Assembly (NCBI GenBank): GCA_964016885.1
Contig: OZ024758.1
Coordinates: forward strand, 35,154,001-35,218,000
Reading direction: 5' to 3'
Length of the DNA stretch: 64,000 nucleotides
Origin: Eledone cirrhosa
Taxonomy: Eukaryota
Each line of letters begins with the position of its first letter. The first letter of the stretch is position 1. The notes beneath the pieces were generated by a model that saw only the letters and a list, made by a program, of their open reading frames with translations, ran no database searches and was not told the origin of the DNA. Of this stretch, positions 1 to 13,600 are shown one piece after another. Position numbers and translations under genes: made by a program.

Positions 1-709
1 ATTCATTTAAGTTCATGGTATTAGCTGTCAGAAGTAACTCCACTGTTGGTGAGAATTCATTTAAGTTCATGGTACTAGCTGTCAGAAGTAACTCCAATGT
101 TGGTGAGAATTCATTTAAGTTCATGGTATTAGCTGTCAGAAGTAACTCCACTGTTGGTGAGAATTCATTTAAGTCATGGTATTAGCTGTCAGAAGTAACT
201 CCAATGTTGGTGAGAATTCATTTAAGTTCATGGTATTAGCTGTCAGAAGTAACTCCACTGTTGGTGAGAATTCATTTAAGTTCATGGTATTAGCTGTCAG
301 AAGGAACGCCACTGTTGGTGAGAATTCATTTAAGTTCATGGTATTAGCTGTCAGAAGTAACTCCACTGTTGGTGAGAATTCATTTAAGTTCATGGTACTA
401 GCTGTCAGAAGTAACTCCAATGTTGGTGAGAATTCATTTAAGTTCATGGTATTAGTTTGTCAGAAGTAACTCCACTGTTGGTGAGAATTCATTTAAGTCA
501 TGGTATTAGTTGTCAGAAGTAACTCCAATGTTGGTGAGAATTCATTTAAGTTCATGGTACTAGCTGTCAGAAGTAACTCCACTGTTGGTGAGAATTCATT
601 TAAGTTCATGGTATTAGCTGTCAGAAGTAACTCCACTGTTGGTGAGAATTCATTTAAGTCATGGTATTAGCTGTCAGAAGTAACTCCATTGTTGGGGAGA
701 ATTCATTTA

Positions 710-2230
710 AGTCATGGTATTAGTTGTCAGAAGTAACTCCAATGTTGGTGAGAATTCATTTAAGTCATGGTACTAGCTGTCAGAAGTAACTCCAATGTTG
801 GTGAGAATTCATTTAAGTTCATGGTATTAGCTGTCACAAGGAACTCCACTGTTGGTGAGAATTCATTTAAGTTCATGGTATTAGCTGTCAGAAGTAACTC
901 CACTGTTGGTGAGAATTCATTTAAGTCATGGTATTAGCTGTCAGAAGTAACTCCACTGTTGGTGAGAATTCATTTAAGTCATGGTATTAGCTGTCTGAAG
1001 TAACTCCATTGTTGGGGAGAATTCATTTAAGTCATGGTACTAACTGTCAGAAGTAACTCCACTGTTGGTGAGAATTCATTTAAGTTCATGGTACTAGCTG
1101 TCAGAAGTAACTCCACTGTTGGTGAGAATTCATTTAAGTTCATGGTATTAGCTGTCAGAAGTAACTCCACTGTTGGTGAGAATTCATTTAAGTTCATGGT
1201 ATTAGCTGTCAGAAGTAACTCCACTGTTGGTGAGAATTCATTTAAGTCATGGTATTAGCTGTCAGAAGTAACTCCATTGTTGGGGAGAGTTCATTTAAGT
1301 CATGGTACTAGCTGTCAGAAGGAACTCCAATGTTGGTGAGAAATCATTTAAGTCATGGTACTAGCTGTCAGAAGTAACTCCAATGTTGGTGAGAATTCAT
1401 TTAAGTTCATGGTATTAGCTGTCAGAAGGAACTCCACTGTTGGTGAGAATTCATTTAAGTTCATGGTACTAGCTGTCAGAAGTAACTCCACTGTTGGTGA
1501 GAATTCATTTAAGTTCATGGTATTAGTTTGTCAGAAGTAACTCCACTGTTAGTGAGAATTCATTTAAGTCATGGTATTAGTTGTCAGAAGTAACTCCAAT
1601 GTTGGTGAGAATTCATTTAAGTCATGGTACTAGCTGTCAGAAGTAACTCCAATGTTGGTGAGAATTCATTTAAGTTCATGGTATTAGCTGTCAGAAGGAA
1701 CTCCACTGTTGGTGAGAATTCATTTAAGTTCATGGTATTAGCTGTCAGAAGTAACTCCACTGTTGGTGAGAATTCATTTAAGTCATGGTATTAGCTGTCA
1801 GAAGTAACTCCACTGTTGGTGAGAATTCATTTAAGTCATGGTATTAGCTGTCAGAAGTAACTCCATTGTTGGGGAGAATTCATTTAAGTCATGGTACTAA
1901 CTGTCAGAAGTAACTCCACTGTTGGTGAGAATTCATTTAAGTTCATGGTACTAGCTGTCAGAAGTAACTCCACTGTTGGTGAGAATTCATTTAAGTTCAT
2001 GGTATTAGCTGTCAGAAGTAACTCCACTGTTGGTGAGAATTCATTTAAGTTCACGGTATTAGCTGTCAGAAGTAACTCCACTGTTGGTGAAAATTCATTT
2101 AAGTTCATGGTACTAGTTGTCAGAAGTAACTCCATTGTTGGGGAGAGTTCATTTAAGTCATGGTACTAGCTGTCAGAAGGAACTCCAATGTTGGTGAGAA
2201 ATCATTTAAGTCATGGTACTAGCTGTCAGA
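710..2230. repeat. Local ~857-bp (16-monomer) duplication within the array
   Basis: Rare variant GTACTAACTG occurs at 1037 and 1894, and GAGAAATC at 1338 and 2196. ORF starts 1034 and 1891 are offset by 857. Boundaries are approximate. Confidence 0.8.
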
Positions 2231-2389
2231 AGTAACTCCACTGTTGGTGAGAATTCATTTAAGTTCATGGTATTAGCTGTCAGAAGGAACGCCACTGTTG
2301 GTGAGAATTCATTTAAGTTCATGGTATTAGCTGTCAGAAGTAACTCCACTGTTGGTGAGAATTCATTTAAGTTCATGGTACTAGCTGTC

Positions 2390-4660
2390 AGAAGTAACTC
2401 CAATGTTGGTGAGAATTCATTTAAGTTCATGGTATTAGCTGTCAGAAGGAACTCCACTGTTGGTGAGAATTCATTTAAGTTCATGGTATTAGCTGTCAGA
2501 AGTAACTCTACTGTTGGTGAAAATTCATTTAAGTTCATGGTACTAGTTGTCAGAAGTAACTCCACTGTTGGTGAGAATTCATTTAAGTTCATGGTATTAG
2601 TTGTCAGAAGTAACTCCACTGTTGGTGAGAATTCAGTAAGTCATGGTATTAGTTGTCAGAAGTAACTCCAATGTTGGTGAGAATTCATTTTAAGTTCATG
2701 GTACTAGCTGTCAGAAGTAACTCCAATGTTGGTGAGAATTCATTTAAGTTCATGGTATTAGCTGTCAGAAGGAACTCCACTGTTGGTGAGAATTCATTTA
2801 AGTTCATGGTACTAGCTGTCAGAAGTAACTCCACTGTTGGTGAGAATTCATTTAAGTTCATGGTATTAGTTTGTCAGAAGTAACTCCACTGTTAGTGAGA
2901 ATTCATTTAAGTCATGGTATTAGTTGTCAGAAGTAACTCCAATGTTGGTGAGAATTCATTTAAGTCATGGTACTAGCTGTCAGAAGTAACTCCAATGTTG
3001 GTGAGAATTCATTTAAGTTCATGGTATTAGCTGTCAGAAGGAACTCCACTGTTGGTGAGAATTCATTTAAGTTCATGGTATTAGCTGTCAGAAGTAACTC
3101 CACTGTTGGTGAGAATTCATTTAAGTTCATGGTATTAGCTGTCAGAAGTAACTCCACTGTTGGTGAGAATTCATTTAAGTTCATGGTACTAGCTGTCAGA
3201 AGTAACTCCACTGTTGGTGAGAATTCATTTAAGTTCATGGTATTAGTTTGTCAGAAGTAACTCCAATGTTGGTGAGAATTCATTTAAGTCATGGTACTAG
3301 CTGTCAGAAGTAACTCCAATGTTGGTGAGAATTCATTTAAGTTCATGGTATTAGCTGTCAGAAGGAACTCCACTGTTGGTGAGAATTCATTTAAGTTCAT
3401 GGTATTAGCTGTCAGAAGTAACTCCACTGTTGGTGAGAATTCATTTAAGTTCATGGTATTAGTTTGTCAGAAGTAACTCCACTGTTGGTGAGAATTCATT
3501 TAAGTTCATGGTATTAGCTGTCAGAAGGAACACCACTGTTGGTGAGAATTCATTTAAGTTCATGGTATTAGCTGTCAGAAGTAACTCCACTGTTGGTGAG
3601 AATTCATTTAAGTTCATGGTACTAGCTGTCAGAAGTAACTCCAATGTTGGTGAGAATTCATTTAAGTTCATGGTATTAGTTGTCAGAAGGAATTCCACTG
3701 TTGGTGAGAATTCATTTAAGTTCATGGTATTAGCTGTCAGAAGTAACTCCACTGTTGGTGAGAATTCATTTAAGTCATGGTATTAGCTGTCAGAAGTAAC
3801 TCCAATGTTGGTGAGAATTCATTTAAGTTCATGGTATTAGCTGTCAGAAGGAACTCCACTGTTGGTGAGAATTCATTTAAGTTCATGGTATTAGCTGTCA
3901 GAAGTAACTCCACTGTTGGTGAAAATTCATTTAAGTTCATGGTACTAGTTGTCAGAAGTAACTCCACTGTTGGTGAGAATTCATTTAAGTTCATGGTATT
4001 AGTTGTCAGAAGTAACTCCACTGTTGGTGAGAATTCAGTAAGTCATGGTATTAGTTGTCAGAAGTAACTCCAATGTTGGTGAGAATTCATTTTAAGTTCA
4101 TGGTACTAGCTGTCAGAAGTAACTCCAATGTTGGTGAGAATTCATTTAAGTTCATGGTATTAGCTGTCAGAAGGAACTCCACTGTTGGTGAGAATTCATT
4201 TAAGTTCATGGTACTAGCTGTCAGAAGTAACTCCACTGTTGGTGAGAATTCATTTAAGTTCATGGTATTAGTTTGTCAGAAGTAACTCCACTGTTAGTGA
4301 GAATTCATTTAAGTCATGGTATTAGTTGTCAGAAGTAACTCCAATGTTGGTGAGAATTCATTTAAGTCATGGTACTAGCTGTCAGAAGTAACTCCAATGT
4401 TGGTGAGAATTCATTTAAGTTCATGGTATTAGCTGTCAGAAGGAACTCCACTGTTGGTGAGAATTCATTTAAGTTCATGGTATTAGCTGTCAGAAGTAAC
4501 TCCACTGTTGGTGAGAATTCATTTAAGTTCATGGTATTAGCTGTCAGAAGTAACTCCACTGTTGGTGAGAATTCATTTAAGTTCATGGTACTAGCTGTCA
4601 GAAGTAACTCCACTGTTGGTGAGAATTCATTTAAGTTCATGGTATTAGTTTGTCAGAAGT
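2390..4660. repeat. Local 1,402-bp-offset (26-monomer) duplication
   Basis: Private variants ATTCAGTAAG (2631, 4033) and CATTTTAAG (2686, 4088). Identical ORF pairs 2653/4055 and 2967/4369 are offset by 1402. Boundaries are approximate. Confidence 0.85.
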
Positions 4661-7600
4661 AACTCCACTGTTGGTGAGAATTCATTTAAGTTCATGGTAT
4701 TAGCTGTCAGAAGGAACGCCACTGTTGGTGAGAATTCATTTAAGTTCATGGTATTAGCTGTCAGAAGTAACTCCACTGTTGGTGAGAATTCATTTAAGTT
4801 CATGGTACTAGCTGTCAGAAGTAACTCCAATGTTGGTGAGAATTCATTTAAGTTCATGGTATTAGCTGTCAGAAGGAATTCCACTGTTGGTGAGAATTCA
4901 TTTAAGTTCATGGTATTAGCTGTCAGAAGTAACTCCACTGTTGGTGAGAATTCATTTAAGTCATGGTATTAGCTGTCAGAAGTAACTCCATTGTTGGTGA
5001 GAATTCATTTAAGTCATGGTACTAGCTGTCAGAAGTAACTCCACTGTTGGTGAGAATTCATTTAAGTTCATGGTATTAGTTTGTCAGAAGTAACTCCACT
5101 GTTGGTGAGAATTCATTTAAGTCATGGTATTAGTTGTCAGAAGTAACTCCAATGTTGGTGAGAATTCATTTAAGTCATGGTACTAGCTGTCAGAAGTAAC
5201 TCCAATGTTGGTGAGAATTCATTTAAGTTCATGGTATTAGCTGTCAGAAGGAACTCCACTGTTGGTGAGAATTCATTTAAGTTCATGGTATTAGCTGTCA
5301 GAAGTAACTCCACTGTTGGTGAGAATTCATTTAAGTTCATGGTACTAGCTGTCAGAAGTAACTCCAATGTTGGTGAGAATTCATTTAAGTTCATGGTATT
5401 AGCTGTCAGAAGTAACTCCACTGTTGGTGAGAATTCATTTAAGTCATGGTATTAGCTGTCAGAAGTAACTCCAATGCTGGTGAGAATTCATTTAAGTTCA
5501 TGGTATTAGCTGTCAGAAGTAACTCCACTGTTGGTGAGAATTCATTTAAATTCATGGTATTAGCTGTCAGAAGTAACTCCACTGTTGGTGAGAATTCATT
5601 TAAGTTCATGGTACTAGCTGTCAGAAGTAACTCCACTGTTGGTGAGAATTCATTTAAGTTCATGGTACTAGCTGTCAGAAGTAACTCCAATGTTGGTGAG
5701 AATTCATTTAAGTTCATGGTATTAGCTGTCAGAAGGAACTCCACTGTTGGTGAGAATTCATTTAAGTTCATGGTATTAGCTGTCAGAAGTAACTCCACTG
5801 TTGGTGAAAATTCATTTAAGTTCATGGTACTAGTTGTCAGAAGTAACTCCACTGTTGGTGAGAATTCATTTAAGTTCATGGTATTAGTTGTCAGAAGTAA
5901 CTCCACTGTTGGTGAGAATTCATTAAGTCATGGTATTAGTTGTCAGAAGTAACTCCAATGTTGGTGAGAATTCATTTAAGTTCATGGTACTAGCTGTCAG
6001 AAGTAACTCCAATGTTGGTGAGAATTCATTTAAGTTCATGGTATTAGCTGTCAGAAGGAACTCCACTGTTGGTGAGAATTCATTTAAGTTCATGGTACTA
6101 GCTGTCAGAAGTAACTCCACTGTTGGTGAGAATTCATTTAAGTCATGGTACTAGCTGTCAGAAGTAACTCCAATGTTGGTGAGAATTCATTTAAGTTCAT
6201 GGTATTAGCTGTCAGAAGGAACTCCACTGTTGGTGAGAATTCATTTAAGTTCATGGTATTAGCTGTCAGAAGTAACTCCACTGTTGGTGAGAATTCATTT
6301 CAGTTCATGGTATTAGCTGTCAGAAGTAACTCCACTGTTGGTGAGAATTCATTTAAGTTCATGGTACTAGCTGTCAGAAGTAACTCCACTGTTGGTGAGA
6401 ATTCATTTAAGTTCATGGTATTAGTTTGTCAGAAGTAACTCCACTGTTGGTGAGAATTCATTTAAGTTCATGGTATTAGCTGTCAGAAGGAACGCCACTG
6501 TTGGTGAGAATTCATTTAAGTTCATGGTATTAGCTGTCAGAAGTAACTCCACTGTTGGTGAGAATTCATTTAAGTTCATGGTACTAGCTGTCAGAAGTAA
6601 CTCCAATGTTGGTGAGAATTCATTTAAGTTCATGGTATTAGCTGTCAGAAGGAATTCCACTGTTGGTGAGAATTCATTTAAGTTCATGGTATTAGCTGTC
6701 AGAAGTAACTCCACTGTTGGTGAGAATTCATTTAAGTCATGGTATTAGCTGTCAGAAGTAACTCCATTGTTGGTGAGAATTCATTTAAGTCATGGTACTA
6801 GCTGTCAGAAGTAACTCCACTGTTGGTGAGAATTCATTTAAGTTCATGGTATTAGTTTGTCAGAAGTAACTCCACTGTTGGTGAGAATTCATTTAAGTCA
6901 TGGTATTAGTTGTCAGAAGTAACTCCAATGTTGGTGAGAATTCATTTAAGTCATGGTACTAGCTGTCAGAAGTAACTCCAATGTTGGTGAGAATTCATTT
7001 AAGTTCATGGTATTAGCTGTCAGAAGGAACTCCACTGTTGGTGAGAATTCATTTAAGTTCATGGTATTAGCTGTCAGAAGTAACTCCACTGTTGGTGAGA
7101 ATTCATTTAAGTTCATGGTACTAGCTGTCAGAAGTAACTCCAATGTTGGTGAGAATTCATTTAAGTTCATGGTATTAGCTGTCAGAAGTAACTCCACTGT
7201 TGGTGAGAATTCATTTAAGTCATGGTATTAGCTGTCAGAAGTAACTCCAATGTTGGTGAGAATTCATTTAAGTTCATGGTATTAGCTGTCAGAAGTAACT
7301 CCACTGTTGGTGAGAATTCATTTAAATTCATGGTATTAGCTGTCAGAAGTAACTCCACTGTTGGTGAGAATTCATTTAAGTTCATGGTACTAGCTGTCAG
7401 AAGTAACTCCACTGTTGGTGAGAATTCATTTAAGTTCATGGTACTAGCTGTCAGAAGTAACTCCAATGTTGGTGAGAATTCATTTAAGTTCATGGTATTA
7501 GCTGTCAGAAGGAACTCCACTGTTGGTGAGAATTCATTTAAGTTCATGGTATTAGCTATCAGAAGTAACTCCACTGTTGGTGAAAATTCATTTAAGTTCA

Positions 7601-10600
7601 TGGTACTAGTTGTCAGAAGTAACTCCACTGTTGGTGAGAATTCATTTAAGTTCATGGTATTAGTTGTCAGAAGTAACTCCACTGTTGGTGAGAATTCATT
7701 AAGTCATGGTATTAGTTGTCAGAAGTAACTCCAATGTTGGTGAGAATTCATTTAAGTTCATGGTACTAGCTGTCAGAAGTAACTCCAATGTTGGTGAGAA
7801 TTCATTTAAGTTCATGGTATTAGCTGTCAGAAGGAACTCCACTGTTGGTGAGAATTCATTTACGTTCATGGTACTAGCTGTCAGAAGTAACTCCACTGTT
7901 GGTGAGAATTCATTTAAGTTCATGGTATTAGTTTGTCAGAAGTAACTCCACTGTTAGTGAGAATTCATTTAAGTCATGGTATTAGCTGTCAGAAGTAACT
8001 CCATTGTTGGTGAGAATTCATTTAAGTCATGGTACTAGCTGTTAGAAGTAACTCCACTGTTGGTGAGAATTCATTTAAGTTCATGGTATTAGTTTGTCAG
8101 AAGTAACTCCACTGTTGGTGAGAATTCATTTAAGTCATGGTATTAGTTGTCAGAAGTAACTCCAATGTTGGTGAGAATTCATTTAAGTTCATGGTACTAG
8201 CTGTCAGAAGTAACTCCATTGTTGGTGAGAATTCATTTAAGTTCATGGAACTAGCTGTCAGAAGTAACTCCACTGTTGGTGAGAATTCATTTAAGTTCAT
8301 GGTATTAGTTTGTCAGAAGTAACTCCACTGTTGGTGAAAATTCATTTAAGTTCATGGTACTAGTTGTCAGAAGTAACTCCACTGTTGGTGAGAATTCATT
8401 TAAGTTCATGGTATTAGTTGTCAGAAGTAACTCCACTGTTGGTGAGAATTCATTAAGTCATGGTATTAGTTGTCAGAAGTAACTCCAATGTTGGTGAGAA
8501 TTCATTTAAGTTCATGGTACTAGCTGTCAGAAGTAACTCCAATGTTGGTGAGAATTCATTTAAGTTCATGGTATTAGCTGTCAGAAGGAACTCCACTGTT
8601 GGTGAGAATTCATTTAAGTTCATGGTACTAGCTGTCAGAAGTAACTCCACTGTTGGTGAGAATTCATTTAAGTCATGGTACTAGCTGTCAGAAGTAACTC
8701 CAATGTTGGTGAGAATTCATTTAAGTTCATGGTATTAGCTGTCAGAAGGAACTCCACTGTTGGTGAGAATTCATTTAAGTTCATGGTATTAGCTGTCAGA
8801 AGTAACTCCACTGTTGGTGAGAATTCATTTAAGTTCATGGTATTAGCTGTCAGAAGTAACTCCACTGTTGGTGAGAATTCATTTAAGTTCATGGTACTAG
8901 CTGTCAGAAGTAACTCCACTGTTGGTGAGAATTCATTTAAGTTCATGGTATTAGTTTGTCAGAAGTAACTCCACTGTTGGTGAGAATTCATTTAAGTTCA
9001 TGGTATTAGCTGTCAGAAGGAACGCCACTGTTGGTGAGAATTCATTTAAGTTCATGGTATTAGCTGTCAGAAGTAACTCCACTGTTGGTGAGAATTCATT
9101 TAAGTTCATGGTACTAGCTGTCAGAAGTAACTCCAATGTTGGTGAGAATTCATTTAAGTTCATGGTATTAGCTGTCAGAAGGAATTCCACTGTTGGTGAG
9201 AATTCATTTAAGTTCATGGTATTAGCTGTCAGAAGTAACTCCACTGTTGGTGAGAATTCATTTAAGTCATGGTATTAGCTGTCAGAAGTAACTCCATTGT
9301 TGGTGAGAATTCATTTAAGTCATGGTACTAGCTGTCAGAAGTAACTCCACTGTTGGTGAGAATTCATTTAAGTTCATGGTATTAGTTTGTCAGAAGTAAC
9401 TCCACTGTTGGTGAGAATTCATTTAAGTCATGGTATTAGTTGTCAGAAGTAACTCCAATGTTGGTGAGAATTCATTTAAGTCATGGTACTAGCTGTCAGA
9501 AGTAACTCCAATGTTGGTGAGAATTCATTTAAGTTCATGGTATTAGCTGTCAGAAGGAACTCCACTGTTGGTGAGAATTCATTTAAGTTCATGGTATTAG
9601 CTGTCAGAAGTAACTCCACTGTTGGTGAGAATTCATTTAAGTTCATGGTACTAGCTGTCAGAAGTAACTCCAATGTTGGTGAGAATTCATTTAAGTTCAT
9701 GGTATTAGCTGTCAGAAGTAACTCCACTGTTGGTGAGAATTCATTTAAGTCATGGTATTAGCTGTCAGAAGTAACTCCAATGTTGGTGAGAATTCATTTA
9801 AGTTCATGGTATTAGCTGTCAGAAGTAACTCCACTGTTGGTGAGAATTCATTTAAATTCATGGTATTAGCTGTCAGAAGTAACTCCACTGTTGGTGAGAA
9901 TTCATTTAAGTTCATGGTACTAGCTGTCAGAAGTAACTCCACTGTTGGTGAGAATTCATTTAAGTTCATGGTACTAGCTGTCAGAAGTAACTCCAATGTT
10001 GGTGAGAATTCATTTAAGTTCATGGTATTAGCTGTCAGAAGGAACTCCACTGTTGGTGAGAATTCATTTACGTTCATGGTACTAGCTGTCAGAAGTAACT
10101 CCACTGTTGGTGAGAATTCATTTAAGTTCATGGTATTAGTTTGTCAGAAGTAACTCCACTGTTAGTGAGAATTCATTTAAGTCATGGTATTAGCTGTCAG
10201 AAGTAACTCCATTGTTGGTGAGAATTCATTTAAGTCATGGTACTAGCTGTCAGAAGTAACTCCACTGTTGGTGAGAATTCATTTAAGTTCATGGTATTAG
10301 TTTGTCAGAAGTAACTCCACTGTTGGTGAGAATTCATTTAAGTCATGGTATTAGTTGTCAGAAGTAACTCCAATGTTGGTGAGAATTCATTTAAGTTCAT
10401 GGTACTAGCTGTCAGAAGTAACTCCATTGTTGGTGAGAATTCATTTAAGTTCATGGAACTAGCTGTCAGAAGTAACTCCACTGTTGGTGAGAATTCATTT
10501 AAGTTCATGGTATTAGTTTGTCAGAAGTAACTCCACTGTTGGTGAAAATTCATTTAAGTTCATGGTACTAGTTGTCAGAAGTAACTCCACTGTTGGTGAG

Positions 10601-13600
10601 AATTCATTTAAGTTCATGGTATTAGTTGTCAGAAGTAACTCCACTGTTGGTGAGAATTCATTAAGTCATGGTATTAGTTGTCAGAAGTAACTCCAATGTT
10701 GGTGAGAATTCATTTAAGTTCATGGTACTAGCTGTCAGAAGTAACTCCAATGTTGGTGAGAATTCATTTAAGTTCATGGTATTAGCTGTCAGAAGGAACT
10801 CCACTGTTGGTGAGAATTCATTTAAGTTCATGGTACTAGCTGTCAGAAGTAACTCCACTGTTGGTGAGAATTCATTTAAGTCATGGTACTAGCTGTCAGA
10901 AGTAACTCCAATGTTGGTGAGAATTCATTTAAGTTCATGGTATTAGCTGTCAGAAGGAACTCCACTGTTGGTGAGAATTCATTTAAGTTCATGGTATTAG
11001 CTGTCAGAAGTAACTCCACTGTTGGTGAGAATTCATTTAAGTTCATGGTATTAGCTGTCAGAAGTAACTCCACTGTTGGTGAGAATTCATTTAAGTTCAT
11101 GGTACTAGCTGTCAGAAGTAACTCCACTGTTGGTGAGAATTCATTTAAGTTCATGGTATTAGTTTGTCAGAAGTAACTCCACTGTTGGTGAGAATTCATT
11201 TAAGTTCATGGTATTAGCTGTCAGAAGGAACGCCACTGTTGGTGAGAATTCATTTAAGTTCATGGTATTAGCTGTCAGAAGTAACTCCACTGTTGGTGAG
11301 AATTCATTTAAGTTCATGGTACTAGCTGTCAGAAGTAACTCCAATGTTGGTGAGAATTCATTTAAGTTCATGGTATTAGCTGTCAGAAGGAATTCCACTG
11401 TTGGTGAGAATTCATTTAAGTTCATGGTATTAGCTGTCAGAAGTAACTCCACTGTTGGTGAGAATTCATTTAAGTCATGGTATTAGCTGTCAGAAGTAAC
11501 TCCATTGTTGGTGAGAATTCATTTAAGTCATGGTACTAGCTGTCAGAAGTAACTCCACTGTTGGTGAGAATTCATTTAAGTTCATGGTATTAGTTTGTCA
11601 GAAGTAACTCCACTGTTGGTGAGAATTCATTTAAGTCATGGTATTAGTTGTCAGAAGTAACTCCAATGTTGGTGAGAATTCATTTAAGTCATGGTACTAG
11701 CTGTCAGAAGTAACTCCAATGTTGGTGAGAATTCATTTAAGTTCATGGTATTAGCTGTCAGAAGGAACTCCACTGTTGGTGAGAATTCATTTAAGTTCAT
11801 GGTATTAGCTGTCAGAAGTAACTCCACTGTTGGTGAGAATTCATTTAAGTTCATGGTACTAGCTGTCAGAAGTAACTCCAATGTTGGTGAGAATTCATTT
11901 AAGTTCATGGTATTAGCTGTCAGAAGTAACTCCACTGTTGGTGAGAATTCATTTAAGTCATGGTATTAGCTGTCAGAAGTAACTCCAATGTTGGTGAGAA
12001 TTCATTTAAGTTCATGGTATTAGCTGTCAGAAGTAACTCCACTGTTGGTGAGAATTCATTTAAATTCATGGTATTAGCTGTCAGAAGTAACTCCACTGTT
12101 GGTGAGAATTCATTTAAGTTCATGGTACTAGCTGTCAGAAGTAACTCCACTGTTGGTGAGAATTCATTTAAGTTCATGGTACTAGCTGTCAGAAGTAACT
12201 CCAATGTTGGTGAGAATTCATTTAAGTTCATGGTATTAGCTGTCAGAAGGAACTCCACTGTTGGTGAGAATTCATTTAAGTTCATGGTATTAGCTATCAG
12301 AAGTAACTCCACTGTTGGTGAAAATTCATTTAAGTTCATGGTACTAGTTGTCAGAAGTAACTCCACTGTTGGTGAGAATTCATTTAAGTTCATGGTATTA
12401 GTTGTCAGAAGTAACTCCACTGTTGGTGAGAATTCATTAAGTCATGGTATTAGTTGTCAGAAGTAACTCCAATGTTGGTGAGAATTCATTTAAGTTCATG
12501 GTACTAGCTGTCAGAAGTAACTCCAATGTTGGTGAGAATTCATTTAAGTTCATGGTATTAGCTGTCAGAAGGAACTCCACTGTTGGTGAGAATTCATTTA
12601 AGTTCATGGTACTAGCTGTCAGAAGTAACTCCACTGTTGGTGAGAATTCATTTAAGTTCATGGTATTAGTTTGTCAGAAGTAACTCCACTGTTAGTGAGA
12701 ATTCATTTAAGTCATGGTATTAGCTGTCAGAAGTAACTCCATTGTTGGTGAGAATTCATTTAAGTCATGGTACTAGCTGTCAGAAGTAACTCCACTGTTG
12801 GTGAGAATTCATTTAAGTTCATGGTATTAGTTTGTCAGAAGTAACTCCACTGTTGGTGAGAATTCATTTAAGTCATGGTATTAGTTGTCAGAAGTAACTC
12901 CAATGTTGGTGAGAATTCATTTAAGTTCATGGTACTAGCTGTCAGAAGTAACTCCATTGTTGGTGAGAATTCATTTAAGTTCATGGAACTAGCTGTCAGA
13001 AGTAACTCCACTGTTGGTGAGAATTCATTTAAGTTCATGGTATTAGTTTGTCAGAAGTAACTCCACTGTTGGTGAGAATTCATTTAAGTCATGGTATTAG
13101 TTGTCAGAAGTAACTCCAATGTTGGTGAGAATTCATTTGAGTCATGGTACTAGCTGTCAGAAGTAACTCCAATGTTGGTGAGAATTCATTTAAGTTCATG
13201 GTATTAGCTGTCAGAAGGAACTCCACTGTTGGTGAGAATTCATTTAAGTTCATGGTATTAGCTGTCAGAAGTAACTCCACTGTTGGTGAGAATTCATTTA
13301 AATTCATGGTACTAGCTGTCAGAAGTAACTCCAATGTTGGTGAGAATTCATTTAAGTTCATGGTATTAGCTGTCAGAAGTAACTCCACTGTTGGTGAGAA
13401 TTCATTTAAGTCATGGTATTAGCTGTCAGAAGTAACTCCAATGTTGGTGAGAATTCATTTAAGTTCATGGTATTAGCTGTCAGAAGTAACTCCACTGTTG
13501 GTGAGAATTCATTTAAGTTCATGGTATTAGCTGTCAGAAGTAACTCCACTGTTGGTGAGAATTCATTTAAGTTCATGGTATTAGCTGTCAGAAGTAACTC

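Noticed and set aside
46-56. Splice-donor-like TG|GTGAGA and CENP-B-box-like motifs
   Set aside because: Short motifs like this are expected by chance and there is no exon context. The canonical CENP-B box needs two CpGs, and the consensus has none.
25-78. Origin of the monomer from 3 x 18-bp or 2 x 27-bp sub-repeats (CTGT recurs 18 bp apart)
   Set aside because: Only 9/18 positions match between the two best segments and the third segment does not align, which is too weak to support.
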